The notes under the pieces: model-generated
The model's database searches: none
What the model was told of the DNA's origin: nothing
The model's input: only the letters and a program-made list of their open reading frames with translations
Assembly: GCA_022449785.1 (NCBI GenBank)
Contig: JAKURQ010000005.1
Span: 1 to 48,397, forward strand
Direction of reading: 5' to 3'
DNA from: Candidatus Poseidoniia archaeon
GTDB lineage: Archaea; Thermoplasmatota; Poseidoniia; MGIII; CG-Epi1
DNA length: 48,397 bases
Shown: positions 46,512 to 48,397 of the stretch, piece by piece
Numbering within the stretch: the stretch's first letter is position 1
Layout: each line of letters begins with the position of its first letter
Translations under genes and position numbers: made by a program

Positions 46512-46583
46512 TAATTGATTCTATACGTGGCGTATTAAGATAGTTATGCAACTAACAGTTTAAACAGCATTATAGTTCAGAAG

Positions 46584-46790
46584 ATGATGAACGAAGTTGA
46601 CACTCTTAAACAAAAGATTGAAGATGAAAGAATTAAGCACAAAAAAGAATTAGAAAGAATTAAAACTGAAAATTATGATGCACTAGAGGCATCTCAAACT
46701 CGTTACCAAGCTGAATTAGAAATACAGAGAACAAATTTCCAACGCCAAATTGAGGAATTGAAAGCTAAGCTTCAGTCATTTGAAGTTTAA
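46584..46790 (+). CDS. small coiled-coil protein
   Basis: Heptad-rich E/K/Q sequence; TATA-like TTTAAA about 25 nt upstream. Confidence 0.65.
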   Translation: MMNEVDTLKQKIEDERIKHKKELERIKTENYDALEASQTRYQAELEIQRTNFQRQIEELKAKLQSFEV

Positions 46791-46835
46791 AGTCTCACAT
46801 AATATTAAATTCTAGCTTTCTAAGCAGAATTTTAA

Positions 46836-46913
46836 GCTCTCGTGGTGTAGTCCGGCCCATCATCTCGGCCTTTCGAGCCGAATACCCGGGTTCAAATCCC
46901 GGCGAGAGCACCA
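46836..46913 (+). tRNA. tRNA-Glu(TTC) with encoded CCA
   Basis: GCTCTCG/CGAGAGC acceptor stem, TCGGC-CTTTCGA-GCCGA anticodon arm, GTTCAAATC. Confidence 0.95.
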
Positions 46914-46958
46914 TTTCCTTTCCAACCTTATATATATCACATCCAAAGTTTTTGTTTC

Positions 46959-47011
46959 GGGAGAAGCTAGGGTCGTCGTCATTCATGCAGTTGAATGTTC
47001 CCTAGCCTTCC
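46959..47011. other. structured intergenic element (candidate small RNA)
   Basis: GCTAGGG (46966-46972) / CCCTAGC (47000-47006) outer stem and CATTCA/TGAATG inner stem. Confidence 0.45.
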
Positions 47012-47072
47012 AATTTTTTTGTTTTTGTTCATAGGCTTTCTTCATATAAGGGTTTGAAATGTTGTGAAATAG

Positions 47073-48005
47073 ATGGATCCTAAAGACCTTCGAAAAACAA
47101 TGGTAATCGCTATGTTCGGAGGAGTAGTGGTATCTTTTGCTCCAATTCTTTACGCACTCTCTAATGCAAATCCTCTAACTGGGGCTTTCTTTAGAATGTT
47201 GTACGCTATTCCATTTCTTCTAGTAATTATATTGTTTAGAAGAGCGAAAGATTCACGTTCAAGAAATACAAGATTGATTGCTCTTGTTGCAGGTTTTGCT
47301 TTTTCACTTGATTTCCTTGGTTACCATAGCACAGTCGATTGGATAGGTGCAGGAATAGGAACTTTGATTGGTAACTCCCAAGTAATAATAGTTACATTGA
47401 TGAGTTGGTGGTTATTTGGAGAACGTCCCAATCTTTCAATATTAATTTCATTACCAATTGTAATGATTGGATTATTTCTTATATCTGGAATTTTAGACGA
47501 TGATCCCTATGGTGAATATCCAGTTAGAGGTGTTATTGCAGGTATTTTTACAGCTATATTTTATTCAGCTTTTTTAATTATTTATAGATTTGCTAATAGA
47601 GAATTAGCACCTGCTGTTAATTTACAATTTGATTCAACAGTAGGATGTGCACTTGGACTTCTAATCCTTAGTTTTTTGCCCCTTCAATCTATACATGTTG
47701 AACCAATTGATTTTCAACCTTCATTACCTACACATGGTTGGTTACTGGCACTAGCTATTCTGAGCCAAGTTATGGGTTGGTTAGCTATTGCTTATTCTTT
47801 ACCTCGATTGCCTGCAGCTCATACCTCTTTTGCAATTCTTCTTCAGCCTACTTTTACAATACTTTGGGGAATCATTTTTCTATCCGAATCGCCTTCTTTT
47901 CAACAAGGGATAGGCATGTTTCTAATTCTTGGTTCTATTATTGGTGTAACAGTTTACGGTTCAGTTGATTCTTCTATAGAATCTGAGAATACGAAAGTTT
48001 TATGA
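47073..48005 (+). CDS. DMT/EamA family transporter
   Basis: 10 TM in two EamA repeats; FFRM, LFGERP, LLQP..TILWG..FLSE. Confidence 0.92.
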   Translation: MDPKDLRKTMVIAMFGGVVVSFAPILYALSNANPLTGAFFRMLYAIPFLLVIILFRRAKDSRSRNTRLIALVAGFAFSLDFLGYHSTVDWIGAGIGTLIGNSQVIIVTLMSWWLFGERPNLSILISLPIVMIGLFLISGILDDDPYGEYPVRGVIAGIFTAIFYSAFLIIYRFANRELAPAVNLQFDSTVGCALGLLILSFLPLQSIHVEPIDFQPSLPTHGWLLALAILSQVMGWLAIAYSLPRLPAAHTSFAILLQPTFTILWGIIFLSESPSFQQGIGMFLILGSIIGVTVYGSVDSSIESENTKVL

Positions 48006-48027
48006 AAACCTAAATTAATTTAGGATT

Positions 48028-48216
48028 ATGTCTGAAGTGATGTGTATAGTTTGTAACGCAAAAGCATTTGAGATTGAAATTCAAGAAGATAGTGAAGAGA
48101 TTCCTGAATTGAAGAAAGGAAACAAGTACTGTTTAGAATGCTATGGCCCCATTCAAGAACAATTCAAGTTAACATTAGAAGATGTAGCAGATATTTCTTC
48201 TGTTAGCAAAGATTAA
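48028..48216 (+). CDS. small Cys4 (CxxC...CxxC) metal-binding protein
   Basis: CIVC and YCLEC in a 62-aa acidic protein. Confidence 0.7.
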   Translation: MSEVMCIVCNAKAFEIEIQEDSEEIPELKKGNKYCLECYGPIQEQFKLTLEDVADISSVSKD

Positions 48217-48218
48217 CT

Positions 48219-48397
48219 TCAATTTTCATTAGTTAAATTTCTATATCTGTATAATGAAACAAGAATTAGTATTACCGTTATAGCAGTGAATACTGGAAGA
48301 AGTAGTTGTCTAAAATCCCAACATTGACTTGCACCTTCTGATTGTGGACATTCTGGATTCTGTGTATAACTAATATAGATTACAGCAGTGAACAGAA
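48219..48397 (-). CDS. 3' end of a membrane protein (truncated by window edge)
   Basis: Open frame LFTAVIYISYTQNPECPQSEGASQCWDFRQLLLPVFTAITVILILVSLYRYRNLTNEN*. Confidence 0.6.
   Translation of the reverse strand, partial: LFTAVIYISYTQNPECPQSEGASQCWDFRQLLLPVFTAITVILILVSLYRYRNLTNEN

Noticed and set aside
44063..46913. Integrated element bounded by tRNA-Leu and tRNA-Glu
   Set aside because: No integrase, no duplicated tRNA 3' end (att site) seen, and the intervening genes look chromosomal.
46795..46986. Short ORFs overlapping tRNAs (also 38993-39259 and 44115-44309)
   Set aside because: They are translations of tRNA genes.

Overview
A gene-dense, AT-rich archaeal chromosome segment. Markers (rpoL/Rpo11, Spt5, Sec61-gamma-type SecE, split GuaAB, Trm1, intron-containing tRNA-Met, TATA-led apparently leaderless genes) plus MutL, MMPL and secreted proteases fit a marine Thermoplasmatota (Marine Group II/III-like); the taxon is inferred, not proven. 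Most of the window is housekeeping (mutL, truD, rpoL, trm1, ftsZ-secE-spt5-rpl11, pyrBI, guaAB, ileS, three tRNAs). The standout is 6634-12494, which an automatic pipeline would call a phosphonate ABC transporter. Its 702-aa lipoprotein is a two-lobed transferrin-like protein: both lobes keep all four Fe3+ ligands (Asp/Tyr/Tyr/His), the anion-binding Thr and the SCHTG/CL cysteine pair. It is followed by an ABC ATPase, a permease and an HmuY-like protein, and lies divergent from a DtxR-family repressor across three TTAGG-N4-CCTAA operators. One-mismatch copies of the operator lie upstream of a YbaN/DUF454 gene and a small Cys4 protein. Together this suggests an archaeal transferrin-based, metal-regulated iron-uptake regulon. 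Other notable items are a membrane-embedded solo Cas4-like nuclease, a bacterial-type oligoribonuclease, an IleRS with a flipped GIHH motif, a degenerate KAP NTPase, a giant repeat protein and two structured intergenic elements. All assignments come from motif recognition by eye; no searches were run.
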